Shown here: piece after piece, positions 37,988 through 49,409 of the stretch | Layout: every line of letters begins with the position of its first letter | Position numbering within the stretch: the stretch's first letter is position 1 | Source: Selaginella moellendorffii | Lineage: Eukaryota > Plantae > Lycopodiophyta | Length of the DNA: 64,000 bases | Assembly (NCBI RefSeq): GCF_000143415.4 | Contig: NW_003314350.1 | Span: 496,001 to 560,000, forward strand | Direction of reading: 5' to 3' | Made by a program: the position numbers and the translations under genes | The notes under the pieces: generated by a model | Seen by the model: only the letters and a program-made list of their open reading frames with translations | What the model was told of the DNA's origin: nothing | The model's database searches: none

Positions 37988-38051
37988 ATGGAGGGGTCAC
38001 TAACTTATTCGCACAAGGTCCCTCCATTACTCGTGCGACTCCTCGTTTCCC
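37988..38051 (-). promoter_or_regulatory. -1 frameshift signal of copy 2
   Basis: G GGA AAC; S1 TCGCACGAG/CTTGTGCGA; S2 ATGGAGGG/CCCTCCAT. Confidence 0.8.
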
Positions 38052-38959
38052 GAATGCACCTCGGTATCCAAACCTTCCACCGCAGCAGCACCAACGGGAC
38101 GTTGCTGACGCCAAGGTCTCCACCCAGGAAATGGAGGTCGCCAATCCGGAAAGCGCCAACAACGCCGATAAGTATGACCAACTTCATCACACGCCCAGCA
38201 ACGAACGTCACGACCACGACCACGTCCTCGCCCTTGTCCTTGGACTCGAGTAGCAACAGCATCAACCTCCATGGGAACAGGACCATCACTCATAGGAAGT
38301 GGAGCTGAAGGACGTGTAGCAAGAAGTGGAAGAGGTGACGTCTCATAACGTTGTGCCAAGCGAAGAGCATCGTCAAGAGTGGCAGGAGCAAGTGCATGCA
38401 CAAGTCCGACAAGATCTTGACGAAGTGCTGGCCACAGCATTCCTAACTTGATCCGCTCCGACATATTTGGCTCCGCACGAAGCAAAAGACTTCGGAAACG
38501 AACGCCAAATTGCATCACCGACTCAGATGGCCCTTGGCGAAGACGATGCAATTGTTGGAAGGCATCATCACAATCGTCGGCGTGTCTGAAGGCGCGTTTG
38601 AAGATGTCCGGAAGAACACTCCAATCGCCACGAGTAGCTGCGCTCAATCCATTGTACCACTGCAATGCCGTCCCTTGGAGACATGTGGGGAACTCACGCA
38701 AACGTCGAGTATCATCCCAAGAATGATATGTGGCAATCACCGTGAAGTGATCGAACCAATGGTACACATCATCCCCAGGATTCCCACGAAAGAACTCCGG
38801 CCGAACGCGAGGATTGGCACCAAAAGCAGGAGGAGTTGTACCATGTGCCGTGAACGCCACCATCAACTGAGTTTGGTTGTTCAATTGCAAGTGCATAGCA
38901 TCAAGCAATTGAACCAACTGCTGCTCTAGAGTCAAAGGAGGAGATTGCGGATCGGCCAT
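38027..38959 (-). CDS. Gag of Gypsy copy 2 (310 aa, CCHC knuckle)
   Basis: Open ORF with RPEFFRG, LQGTALQWY and CWACDEVGHTYRRC. Confidence 0.88.
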   Translation of the reverse strand: MADPQSPPLTLEQQLVQLLDAMHLQLNNQTQLMVAFTAHGTTPPAFGANPRVRPEFFRGNPGDDVYHWFDHFTVIATYHSWDDTRRLREFPTCLQGTALQWYNGLSAATRGDWSVLPDIFKRAFRHADDCDDAFQQLHRLRQGPSESVMQFGVRFRSLLLRAEPNMSERIKLGMLWPALRQDLVGLVHALAPATLDDALRLAQRYETSPLPLLATRPSAPLPMSDGPVPMEVDAVATRVQGQGRGRGRGRDVRCWACDEVGHTYRRCWRFPDWRPPFPGWRPWRQQRPVGAAAVEGLDTEVHSGNEESHE

Positions 38960-39469
38960 GAAGATGAATGAGAAAGAAAAAGCAAAAGAAGAGAAATGAC
39001 AAAAAGCTGGAAAGAAATGGTAGATCTAGACAATGCAAAAAGCTAGATCTAAACCAAAATCCTGAAAGGAAAGAACAAAAGAAAGGAAATGGAAAAAGTT
39101 AAATCTAAACAATGCAAAAGCTAGATCTAAACTGAAATCCCAAATCCAAGCACTCCCAGGGACAATCAAAGGTGCCCCTCATCTCCACCAATGTGAGTGC
39201 ATAGAATATGGAAAGGGAATACAGAAATGTGCATATCAATTAGCCCAAAAACCCTAGTTTATATACAAGAGCAAGTGGTCCGGATTGAAACCAATCCGAC
39301 GGCTACCAAAATCCACTATGCTAATATTAGTATATAGCATCGTAGCCATACACTTGGCCCTCACAGTTTCATAATACATGAATTTTTAAATTGATTTATT
39401 GATTTTCATTATCATTGCCACGTTGCAAACATAAAATGCCACATCAGCAAGAAATTGCATAATGTGCTA

Positions 39470-40890
39470 CTTGCACGTGGCTGCACTGCTGCATTGCTAG
39501 ATGGAGCTGGATCTGTGTTGTTGGATGGAGTTGGATCGCTGCTTGCTAGAGCTAGATTGCTGCACCGCTGCGTTGTTGGATGGAGCTGGATCGCTGTTTG
39601 CTCGGCTGTGGCTGCCTGGCTAGTGCTGGATCGCTGCTTGCTCGGCTCACGCTGCTCTTGTCTGGTCGATCCGCTGCTCGCTGAATGTGCTGCTCCTGGA
39701 GATCAGTGAGAACAAAAATAGCTTTAAAAAAAAGCAACCTCTTACTAAATCGAAAAGTTGTTGATAGTTCTGGCCAGAAGTAGGACATGCCAGACTAGTT
39801 AATTACCGCATCGCAAGGGCCAAGACTTGATGGTTGGAATCCAAAACGTGTGAAAGACCAGATATCAAACCAAATTTCCACTTAAAGGTAGATATGGAGA
39901 GGATATTACCTGGGAAACCATCATACACAGAGAAGGTGAACGGACATGGCTAAGCTGCGTAAGCCCGGCCAAGAAAACCAATGGATTGCATCAGTAAAAC
40001 AATGCTGCAAATGCTTGACCACCAACGAAGGGCTAAAATTGAGCACATATATACATACCTTCCTCCTGCTCCTGGGGCCACGGAAATTCAGTTCAACCTG
40101 GGAGAAGTGTCAAGAACGAGAGAGTAAAACATGAAAAAGGATGGAAGAAAGTTTGCGCTGGTTTCTGCAACAAGTCAAGAGGGCCTAGTTTATCTTCGTC
40201 GCAATGTACTTCTTGACCAGCAATATGGGAAGTTGCCTATCTCTGCGTGTTTAGAGAAGTCAGTGGAGTTGAAATCGTCTTACGTTATTCTCACGTAGGG
40301 TGTTATGATCGGGAAGCACCGAGTCCTCACTCCTGTGGATCCGACAAGTCAGACGCCAAAGAGAAAAATAAAACAAAGAGAGATCGAGAGAAAGATGGCC
40401 TGCAAAGCCAGAGAAGTTTCTAAGGGAAAACGAAAGGTTTGAGAGCAAACCGCTGTGACAACCTGGAAGCGAGGAGGAAGAGTAGCTTTGTACAGTTCTC
40501 CGAGAGCAGAAATGCACGAAACTAAGAAACCGAAGGACTACTGTGCAATCAAGCAACTTCTAGGATTAAAACTTAGCATTGCATGAAAGTGATACAAGCA
40601 ATTTACCCGAATCACTGCTCTAAGATTTGTGCTCTTCGTCCTCCTCGCTCGAGTTTGTTATTTCTCACTTAACTTTCATGTAATTAAATAGAGCCGGGGC
40701 AATCTCTTCCTCTGAAAGTGTGATATCTTCCACAGGCGAGCTATATGCCTGAAAAACAAAACTGACAATGAGAAGTAATGCAAAGTATGAGCGAACTCAC
40801 GGTTTTCTGCCAGAATGTAAACCAGACCACTCCCAGCGAACCAAACGTAAAGAAAACCAAGGGCCAGTTATACTCGTGAATCAAGGCAAA
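39470..40890 (-). pseudogene. Chimeric PHT4::BMI1-RAWUL::PHT4 gene-fragment unit, copy 1
   Basis: Exons LIHEYNWPLVFFTFGSLGVVWFTFWQKT|AYSSPVED, RQLPILLVKKYIATK, VELNFRG, MQSIGFLG and SNHQ; paralogous to 54400-55960. Confidence 0.75.
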
Positions 40891-40932
40891 GTGACCACCA
40901 TATCACTCCGAGCCACCATATCACTCCGAGGC

Positions 40933-41607
40933 TCTGGCAATTCGGTTCAACCTGGAGGAAGAGTCAAGAACGAGAGAGTAAAAAATGAGAAAGGATGGAA
41001 GAAAGTTTGCGCTGGTTTCTGCGACAAGTCAAGAGGAGCAAGGGGGCTTACGTCGGTTTCATTGCCGAGGTTTAGCTTCGTCGCAATGTACTTCGATACA
41101 GGAAGTCCCGTCTCTGCGTGTTTAGAGAAGTCAGTGGAGTTGAAAAAAACACAAGTCGTTTGAGTTATTCTGTTATGATCACGGGAAGTCCTCGCTCCTC
41201 TGGATCCGGCAAGTCAGACGCCAAAGAGAAAAATAAAACAGAGAGAGATTGGGAGAAAGATGACCTGCGAAGCCAGAGAAGTTTCTAAGGGAAAACGAAA
41301 GGACTTAACTGGTTGGCCTGTGACGTCCTGGAAGCGAGCCTTGTAAAGTTCTCCGCCATTGTTGGCGCTGGTTCCACCGCGACGTCGAGGGACGCCTTTC
41401 GTCGGCCGGGAGAGCTTGGAGAAGCGTCCGGTGGTTGCCTGCCTTTGGATATCTCGGCCCGCCGAGGAGGATGGCTGGTTTTGCTGCCTGGACGATCCTC
41501 CGGCGTGGTCATGTCTGCCAGCTCGACCAAGTTTGCAAGCGGAGAGTGATAGCCTGCTGCCACGGACTTGCCTTTGTCTTCGCGAGTTGGTTTCTTCGCG
41601 TGGTTAC
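40933..41607 (-). pseudogene. BMI1/DRIP-like C-terminal fragment (linker plus RAWUL exons)
   Basis: PLANLVELA, SPFVF, KYIATKLNLGNETD|VEPNC; no RING exons seen. Confidence 0.6.
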
Positions 41608-41886
41608 CTGGAGGAAAATCAAAGAAAAACGAAGAAAGATCAAGTCAGAGTTTGCAAGATCATTATAAATGTTATGTCAGGAGACAAAGCGAAATGACCA
41701 ACATTATGATCCAAACTTATCCATAGTTTACCAGTCAGACCTTCCCAATGAACAAAAGCGAGAGCAGAAATGCACGAAACTAAGAAACCGAACTGTGCAA
41801 TCAAGCAACTTCTAGGATTAAAACTTAGCACAACATCTTCCTAAACAAAAAATAATGAAAGAGCTGCTTTATAGAATGTAGCGTAC

Positions 41887-42241
41887 CTCTGGCGAAATAT
41901 CGAGGTACAAGACCAGGTCTGCAGCAAGAAGTTCGACCTCGGGAGCCTGTCCAGGTGCTCTTAGTCAAACGCTAAAGCTTAGGCAGTGGTTTTCACCTTG
42001 CACCACTCAAGATCCAGTCCTTTCGCAGCAGAGAAAGCCACTCCTGAGTACGAATATCGATCTACTACCAACGTTGTCCGAGCCATCAGTTTATTTTCCA
42101 TCTGCAGCCTGTGAGAAAACAAGATGAGCTGTTCCCAAGATATAGTCAAGAAATATTTTCAAGTCGTACCTCTTCTCCCAGCGGTTTGGTGAAAACAAAA
42201 TATGCACAGCACGATCATCAAGCTCAGCCCCTCTTCCCAAG
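41887..42241 (-). pseudogene. Thymidylate kinase internal exons
   Basis: ELDDRAVHILFSPNRWEKR|[34 protein letters not shown]|APEVELLAADLVLYLDISPE; P-loop and C-terminal exons absent. Confidence 0.85.
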
Positions 42242-43031
42242 AAAAGCAAACACCGCAACCTTGATGTTCTTGCAGGCCACAGCTTCATGTGATGCCAGTG
42301 TCAGATATTCTGGTTCGAAATCTCTTCGTCATTTATTTGTATGCGTATCTTGAACTGTAAGTTTACAGATTGATGTAGTTAGCTTGCTAGCTCAAACAAG
42401 CGACTTGCCTTCAAAAAACTGATTCGGTTCAAGCTGCAAAGAACAAAGAAAGATCCTCAGGCACAAGAGCAACCAAAACCAAAAGTTTTCTTTCTTTTCA
42501 TACTGCAAGAGGGTAAACATAAAAATGTGAGGTATAATCCTATTAATTCCTTATTTAGAAACTATAAAGAATCCAAATATAAAAATTAATTACATATTTT
42601 TTCTTATTTGATATAATTAAAATAATAATTAAAGTAAATTATAAAAGATGGTTGTAATTATAATAAAGGTAAGATATATTACCACATTTTACTTTACTAA
42701 AAATATTAACATAACACAATTGGTTAATTACAGTTATATTAGACTTTGAAGCTTTTGGTGCGCATGCCTATGAGAAAGAAGCTGGTCCCCCATTGGCCAC
42801 CGAGAATCTTTAACTTTTGTTTGATTAGTTCGGGATTATCGTTAATCAGACATAGCCTTCTCGTGTGCTTGAATGGCTAGGAACGGAAATTCTTTCGCAC
42901 CATCTAGAAAGGAGTTAAAAAATTTTATACTGTCAATCACACGCTCCCACAATGTTGTCTACGCTGCTTTACATTGTTGGAAGGAACATCACCAAAAAAA
43001 AAGGCTTGATTTTATCAGAGATTTCCTTTAC

Positions 43032-45061
43032 TTAGTTTGCCTTGATAAATTTAATCACCGGGTCAAACACGTCTTGCCTTGCTCGGGTTCCTACAACAAA
43101 ATCCGCGTGAGCGTAGTTTGGAAGAAATAGTGTTTGCTGCGTGCAAACGAGGCGCTTGGCCAGTTCCTGGACACCCTGTGCCGTAGACAATGTGTCCTTG
43201 CCTCCATACACGAGGAAAACTGGAAAACTCTTGGGAATGTTGGCTGGCTCGTACGTCGGAGGAACCACTTGCGAGTAGGCGCGGATGTTCCCGAGGCTGC
43301 TACCATAGTCGAACTTTGCAAACAAACCGGTTCTCACCACTGCCAAGCGAGAAAACAAGAAAAAAAAAAATCAATAGCGTCGAGATTGCATCGGAAAAAC
43401 AAAACAAAGAGCTTACTTTGAGCAAGGTGAACTAAGTTTTTCGTGGAAGACCCTTGAGGCTCGAACTGGCGGTAGTAAGAAGTGAGGCTCGCGTTGAAGC
43501 AGCAATTCCGGCCTGTCCAGAAAGCGAAAACGTGTAAGCTTTTTAAGAAGTTGCAAGAATTACCCGTCACAAGGACCAGCAGGTCTGCGCATCGGGGGTC
43601 CAGCGAGCATAAATTCCTGAGGAGGTACGCACCGATTCCACTGAAAGCAAGCAAAACTTAAAGAACAAACAAAGAGAAGGAAACCATCAATCCTTGTTTA
43701 CCTTTCAAGAGTGAATTGTGACAGGCCTATGTCGTCGTAGATCTGCAGATCACAGCAGCATTGAGTAGTGAGTGACCTGTGACCGCGATTTCTCGATCGA
43801 GCGAGAAAAAAAGAAGAAACGAAAGAAACGAGAGAAAAAAAAATCTCACCTGGTCCATGTAGAGTAGAGCAGCGAGCCTGGAAAGCGTGGAAGTCATGCC
43901 TTTGAGGTAGGCAATGGGGCTGAGTAACACCGCCGCCCTGACGACATTCATTAGCTTGGACTCCGAGAAAGCTGCCAGAGCAATCAACGTTCCCTGGGAG
44001 ATCACCACCAGCTCTTATCTCTCTCGAGCACCACAACACTATTCTACCTGAGAATGGCCGACATAGTAAAGCTCGGAGCCAGTGTTTTCATGAACCAAGT
44101 TGAGCATGGCTGGGAGATCGTACTGGGCATGCTCGTCCCAAGTCCAGTCCCAGTACGCCTAGCAGAAAAGAGCAAAGAAAAATCGAGTCACAAAGTTCAT
44201 CTTTGGCCACAAATGGGAATGAAACTCCAAGAGGGAACAAACAATCGCAAACAAAAGCCAGCTCTTCGAAATAAATCTCAAGAACAATACCACGAATCGC
44301 AAAGAAAACTCAAGAGCAAAGAAAATCGACTCACAAAGTTCATTCTTTGACTCCAAGCACAAAATCATCGGGAACAAGCAATCGCAAACAAAAGCCGGCT
44401 CTTCGAAAGAACAATACCATGAATCGCAAAGAAAACACAAGAACAACACCTGGAATTGCAAAGAAAACGCAAGAACAACATCATGAATCGCAAATCGACA
44501 GATTCCGGGCATTACCTTGTCGCCGGAGGAGTACGAGACATGCTGGCGACTCCAATGCGTGCCGCGGAGATTCCCGATCCACACATCGAAGCCTTCGTCC
44601 GCGAGAACAAACCCTAAAGAATTGCGCGGGGGATAAAACACCCAATCGTCTCCTCCCTGCTCCACAGTCACACACTCTTTTTTATACTTTTACTTTCCAC
44701 ACAGACCTGAAGAACACCGTGCTGGAGAAACACTGGCTTTGGCGATGGCGAGGAAACTCCCGCCACACCGTGTGGTATTCTATGAACTCGCAGAATGTAG
44801 CCATCTGGAGTTGTCACCTAAGAAATAGAGAGGTTTTCTTTCTTTTTGTTCTCGCAAGTTCTTTCTCTACCAGATTTTCATATCGCTTACTTTGAACTCC
44901 TGGCAAGGATAGCCATGAACCAGGACCAGCGTGGAGCAAAAGCTGTCTTCGGCAAATCTCAAGATTTGCTTCCCATGATTTGGGAATGTAGCAGAAGGTG
45001 CTGCTGCTGATGCTGCTACTGCTAGACATGCTGCAAGGAGCAATGGAAGAACCATTTTCAT
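43032..45061 (-). CDS. Acid triacylglycerol lipase (LIP1/gastric lipase-like), about 9 exons
   Basis: Signal peptide, [29 protein letters not shown]|G nucleophile, GGKD and YAHADF. Confidence 0.93.
44169..44437. repeat. Approximately 140-bp tandem duplication inside a lipase intron
   Basis: aagagcaaagaaaa..tcacaaagttcat..aatcgcaaacaaaagcc..ctcttcgaaa..gaatcgcaaagaaaac occurs twice. Confidence 0.8.
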
Positions 45062-45794
45062 CTTTGGCTTTGCTTTTGGGTATGTTCAGCAGCAATCGCA
45101 CTAAAAAGGCAGCGCCCACATTTCAGTGGAGTGGAGATCTTTTCTTTTCACACAGCTTGGAGCACTATGCCTACATCTCTCAACAATCACTCACGCGCTA
45201 GTGGCAGCTTTCTTAAATGACATGATACATCTCATGCTTGGTGTTTATTTTCAGGGAATCTTCTATCCCATACAGACAGTATGTACCTTTTTACATATAT
45301 TTTTACATGTCTGTTGCTTACAAATCATACATTCATGCAAAATTGATATAACTGATTGCATTCCAGGCAGCAGCAGCCCCTTTGGGCAATAATTCTCTGC
45401 AGTGATTGCCTTGCAGCACAAATTACTAATTGGAGCAATCAACTGTTGCTATATTAAATGCTTGTGGAGCCAGGGCCCCAGGCATGAACGACTCCTGGTG
45501 GGATCAGATGGAAGAATTATCTATCTATCTGTTTATCTACATGTTGTTTTGATAATGCCCTACTATAAGCATGAGACTGATGGATGCAAAAATGCAAGTT
45601 GGATTATCATTTTCGCATAGGTGGCGTCCTCATTGTCGTTGTGCTCCCGCTCACTGGCCCTGCCTACCTGTCTTCTTTTCCTCGGCCGTTCAAGGTCTCT
45701 GCCTCCATTGCATGTGTGACATGTATTTGCCATCGCAGCTCTATGTGTTTCAGGTAATTGGCGTGGGATGAGGTTGTCTCCTTGTTTGCGAGGA

Positions 45795-46420
45795 TTATGT
45801 CTGTTTTGGCATCCCGTTGATGTCTAGGGAGCAGAATTTGGCATAGGCAGGGCAAGCCTTGAGTGTGTGCCTGACCGTCTCTGTGTCTTCTGTGCAGACC
45901 AAGCAGATCTGGAGATGTCGTGGAGGTTTTCCCTGTCTGCGGCATCCAGGTTTGATCAGGAGGCTGTGGTTTCCTATGCAGTACCAGGCAATGGTGTGTC
46001 TGCTCCATGTTGAAAGTTTGTTCAGTCTGAACATTTCATCTGGGTTTATCTCCTGGCAATAAAGGTGATATTTTGTCCAGTGTTCTTTGGCATGTATCCA
46101 TGTGTGCATTGCTTTGTTCGACCATTGTTCAAGATCCTCTTTAAGTGTGTCGAAAATGTTGTTGAGATCCATGCCAAACTTGTGCATCCACGTCTCTATG
46201 TCGTGCCACCATCCTTGTCCATGTTGCCATGCCAGCAGATGAGAGTCAAGAATTGCTTGATCCACAAGTTTGCCATATGGTATGGGGAGTGCTGTTTTGG
46301 TGGAGATGTTGAGTTCGTTTGAAATGAAGGTCGTTGTGATAGTTTCTAGGTTTCCCCACTGCTTTTTAGAGAGTTCAAGTCCCCAGATTTCTGACCCATA
46401 GAGTGCAACTGAATAGGACT
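45795..46420 (-). mobile_element. 5'-truncated non-LTR retrotransposon (LINE) remnant
   Basis: ALYGSEIWG (post-RT region), IGNHSLLI and C-terminal CLVC..ETVRHTLKACPAY zinc finger. Confidence 0.75.
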
Positions 46421-46435
46421 TTAGGTTTAGCGGTG

Positions 46436-46954
46436 ATGGACGAGGCTTCTGCAAGTGTGGGAATCAGTCCGGTAGGGAATGTGGGCTTGGGTCCAGCTTA
46501 CCTTTGTCTTGTCCTCTCACAGCATCTAATTCACGAGATTTTCAAGAGCGTTTGGGAGAAGGCCAGCCAGGGTTTGCTCTTCCTCTCTCTCTCTTTTGTC
46601 TGAGCTCCACAACAGATGTTGCCAAGGCGGATGAATCCAACGTAGGCGCAACCTCGAAAAGAACCAAGTCTACCACTGGTGAGCAAAGCAGAGCTTTCTA
46701 AAGATCATAGAGAAATGCGGCCAGTTTCGTTTCCGTTTTGCAGCAAATGCGAATGCTCTCAAGCTCTCCTGTGAGCTGCTCAAGCTCTTCGTCACAGGTC
46801 GGGTTTACTCTATTTCGTTTCAACCAAAACTTCTGGGCTGATTGATGCAGAGGCAGTCGGGCGAGCGGGAATCATTGCAGAGGCCGAGGGAAAGGACCGC
46901 ATCGAAGCAACACATTTCGAAAGAATGCTACCGCAGTTTTTGCTGGACTTCTAG
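46436..46954 (+). CDS. MHF2: Centromere protein X / FANCM cofactor MHF2, 5 exons (absent from the ORF track)
   Basis: MDEASASVGISP|HLIHEIFKSVWEKASQ|..SKRTKSTT|ANANALKLSCELLKLFVT|EAVGRAGIIAEAEGKDRIEATHFERMLPQFLLDF*. Confidence 0.9.
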
Positions 46955-46998
46955 CTAGAGGCGAAGATGGTGCTCGCGGGAAGACCTCTAGCAGCGGT

Positions 46999-49296
46999 AT
47001 GAGAAGGCTGGCCAGAGGACTCGCTACAGACTGTGCAAGCAACCAGCTAAACTTGAGAGAGTACCTCGATTCGAAGCTATGCTCCTCCGACGTCTTCACT
47101 CTGGCTCGTCTCATCCGCGAGTGTGGTTCTCTGGGAAGCCTGCTAGATGCACAAAAGATTCACAGTCACGTCGTAGAGTCTGGCTTTCAGGAAAACTTTT
47201 ACCTGCGTGAACGTCTCGTCCACATGTACCTCAAGTGTGGCAGTGTAGAGAACGCCGAGGACGTCTTCTTGGACAGGAACAGGATGGCTCACTTCCGAGA
47301 CGTCACGACGTGGACGGCAATGTTGTCCGCGTACTCTCGTCAATCCAGCAGCAGCACCAAGGTGCTCGAGTTCTACTGCCAGATGCTCCAGCACGGTGTC
47401 AAGCCCGACAGTTTCACTTTCACAGCCGTGTTGAAAGCCTGTGTTTCTGTGAAGAGAGCGTTGAGTGGCGGCAAGGCGATCCACTTCCAGATCTTAGAGA
47501 GCGGGCTAGAGGACGACGAGATCATCGGAACTTCGGTCGTGAGCATGTATGGGAAGTGCAGCAGCCTGGTTGATGCTCGAGCCTGGTTTGATGGAGTTTG
47601 TGTCCGACGTCCGCATGGAGTGGTGTTGTGGAATGCCATGATCTCGGCTTACGTCCAGAACGGCTGCTGTGGACAGTCCTTGGAACTCTTCACACTGATG
47701 CTCTTGGAAGGCGTCGCCCCAAACAGTGTCACGTATGTCACGGTTCTCAATGCTTGCAGCTCTACGTTGACGCTGGGTATTGGCAAGGCGGTTCACATCT
47801 GTGTTTGCGATCTCGGCCTCGAGTCGGACGTCATCCTTGGAACCGCGCTGCTCAACATGTATGGCAAGAGCGGGAAGCTGGACGAAGCCCGGAAGATCTT
47901 TGAAAGGATCGAAGCTCCGGACTTGGTGTCGTGGAACTCGATGATATCGGCTCTTGTCCGGGACAGCCAAGGAGACGGTGCTCGGACGTTGTTCAAGCAG
48001 CTACTTCTGGAAGGCCTCAGTCCAAATGAGATCACTCTCATCTCTACTATCAATGCCTGTGCTTGTCCGGAAGATTTGACAGAAGGAAAGCTGATCCACG
48101 CTTGCAGCTGTGAAAGTGGCCGGGCGTCGGTACTCTTCGTGAGGAATGCTCTCGTAGACATGTATGGAAAATGCGGCTGTCTAGAGAAAGCTCGCGAAGT
48201 GTTTGAATCTGAAACAGTGGAGAGGAACTTAGTCAGTTGGAGCGTCATGGTTGCGGCTTACGCAGAAAACGGTCACGGTCACGAGGCCCTGCAGCTCTTC
48301 AGGATGATGATTCTGGAGGGTGAAAGCCTCGACTCGGTCGTCTTTGTCAACGTCCTCAATGCTTGTTCTTCGGCAGGAAACGCTGCTGCGGGAGAAGCTC
48401 TTCACGGCAACTTAGTTGAGGCTGGATTCGAGTCGGACGTAGTAGCGGCAACGGCACTCGCGAACATGTATATCAAGTGTGGACGTTTGGAAGACGGGCG
48501 ACGTGTTTTCGACAGAATGGAGGCCCGGAACGTTGTTAGCTGGAACACCATGATCTCGGGCTATGCTCAGAACGGTCGTCCCAAAGAAGCCTTGGAACTC
48601 TTTCACCAAATGGATCCCGGAGTTGCTGACAAACGGACGTATGTAGCAGCACTGGATGCTTGCGCCTGCTCAGTGGCTGCAACCGAAGGGAAACTTATAC
48701 ACCAGCGAATACTTCAGCAGAAGATGAGCGTCGACGTAATCCTGGGAACGGCCATTGTCAACATGTATGGAAAATGTGGTTGCTTGAGCGAAGCCCGGGA
48801 GTTTTTTGACAGTATACCTCTTCCCGACGTCGTCACTTGCAATGCCATGATAGCTGGTTATGCTCAACACGGCCACCTCAGAAAAGCTCTTGGTCTGTTC
48901 GCCAAAATGAAGCAGGAGGGAGTGAGACCCGACGGTGCTACCTTTGTTAGTGTTCTGTGTGCTTGTAGCCATGCTGGTAACTTGAAAAAAGGATCCGAGT
49001 TCTTCATATCAATGCTGGTCGATTACGAGTTTAGGATTTCTGTTGAGCACTGTGGATGCATGCTGGATCTGCTGAGCCGGTCAGGAATGCTGCGTGAAGC
49101 AGAGGAGCTCCTAAAAAAGTATCCGAGTTCAGCCAGAGACGCCGAGTGGATAACGTTGCTGGCCGCGTCTAAGACTCAGAGTGATGCAACCGTGGCTCAA
49201 AACGCAGCAGAGGGCCTTATGAACTGCCGCCCCGAGAGCTCTTTCCCATACGTCGTGCTTTCCACTGCTTTGAGCACTGATGAGGAGGCTGCCTGA
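46999..49296 (+). CDS. PLS-class PPR protein with E extension and no DYW (organellar RNA editing factor type)
   Basis: Intronless 765 aa; repeated MYGKCG, VVSWNAMI and ACSHAG motifs; E region HCGCMLDLLSRSG...PYVVLS. Confidence 0.93.
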   Translation: MRRLARGLATDCASNQLNLREYLDSKLCSSDVFTLARLIRECGSLGSLLDAQKIHSHVVESGFQENFYLRERLVHMYLKCGSVENAEDVFLDRNRMAHFRDVTTWTAMLSAYSRQSSSSTKVLEFYCQMLQHGVKPDSFTFTAVLKACVSVKRALSGGKAIHFQILESGLEDDEIIGTSVVSMYGKCSSLVDARAWFDGVCVRRPHGVVLWNAMISAYVQNGCCGQSLELFTLMLLEGVAPNSVTYVTVLNACSSTLTLGIGKAVHICVCDLGLESDVILGTALLNMYGKSGKLDEARKIFERIEAPDLVSWNSMISALVRDSQGDGARTLFKQLLLEGLSPNEITLISTINACACPEDLTEGKLIHACSCESGRASVLFVRNALVDMYGKCGCLEKAREVFESETVERNLVSWSVMVAAYAENGHGHEALQLFRMMILEGESLDSVVFVNVLNACSSAGNAAAGEALHGNLVEAGFESDVVAATALANMYIKCGRLEDGRRVFDRMEARNVVSWNTMISGYAQNGRPKEALELFHQMDPGVADKRTYVAALDACACSVAATEGKLIHQRILQQKMSVDVILGTAIVNMYGKCGCLSEAREFFDSIPLPDVVTCNAMIAGYAQHGHLRKALGLFAKMKQEGVRPDGATFVSVLCACSHAGNLKKGSEFFISMLVDYEFRISVEHCGCMLDLLSRSGMLREAEELLKKYPSSARDAEWITLLAASKTQSDATVAQNAAEGLMNCRPESSFPYVVLSTALSTDEEAA

Positions 49297-49409
49297 GAAT
49301 TAGAGCTATAGCGTGTAAAATTCAACAGACCTGAATCGAGTTTCAACCAAACATTGCCTGCAGAAAAAAAAAGTTTGTGATGAAGCAATGTGAAATAGTA
49401 AGCCTACCT

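Larger units (their letters stand above)
34363..39365 (-). mobile_element. Ty3/Gypsy LTR retrotransposon, copy 2 (same family; contains a gap and an inverted RT fragment)
   Basis: LTRs 34363-34527 (9-bp deletion) and 39192-39365; TSD GTTT; PBS 39175-39190 TGGTGGAGATGAGGGG; PPT 34528-34542; protease VDTGS; RT-RH-INT. Confidence 0.97.
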
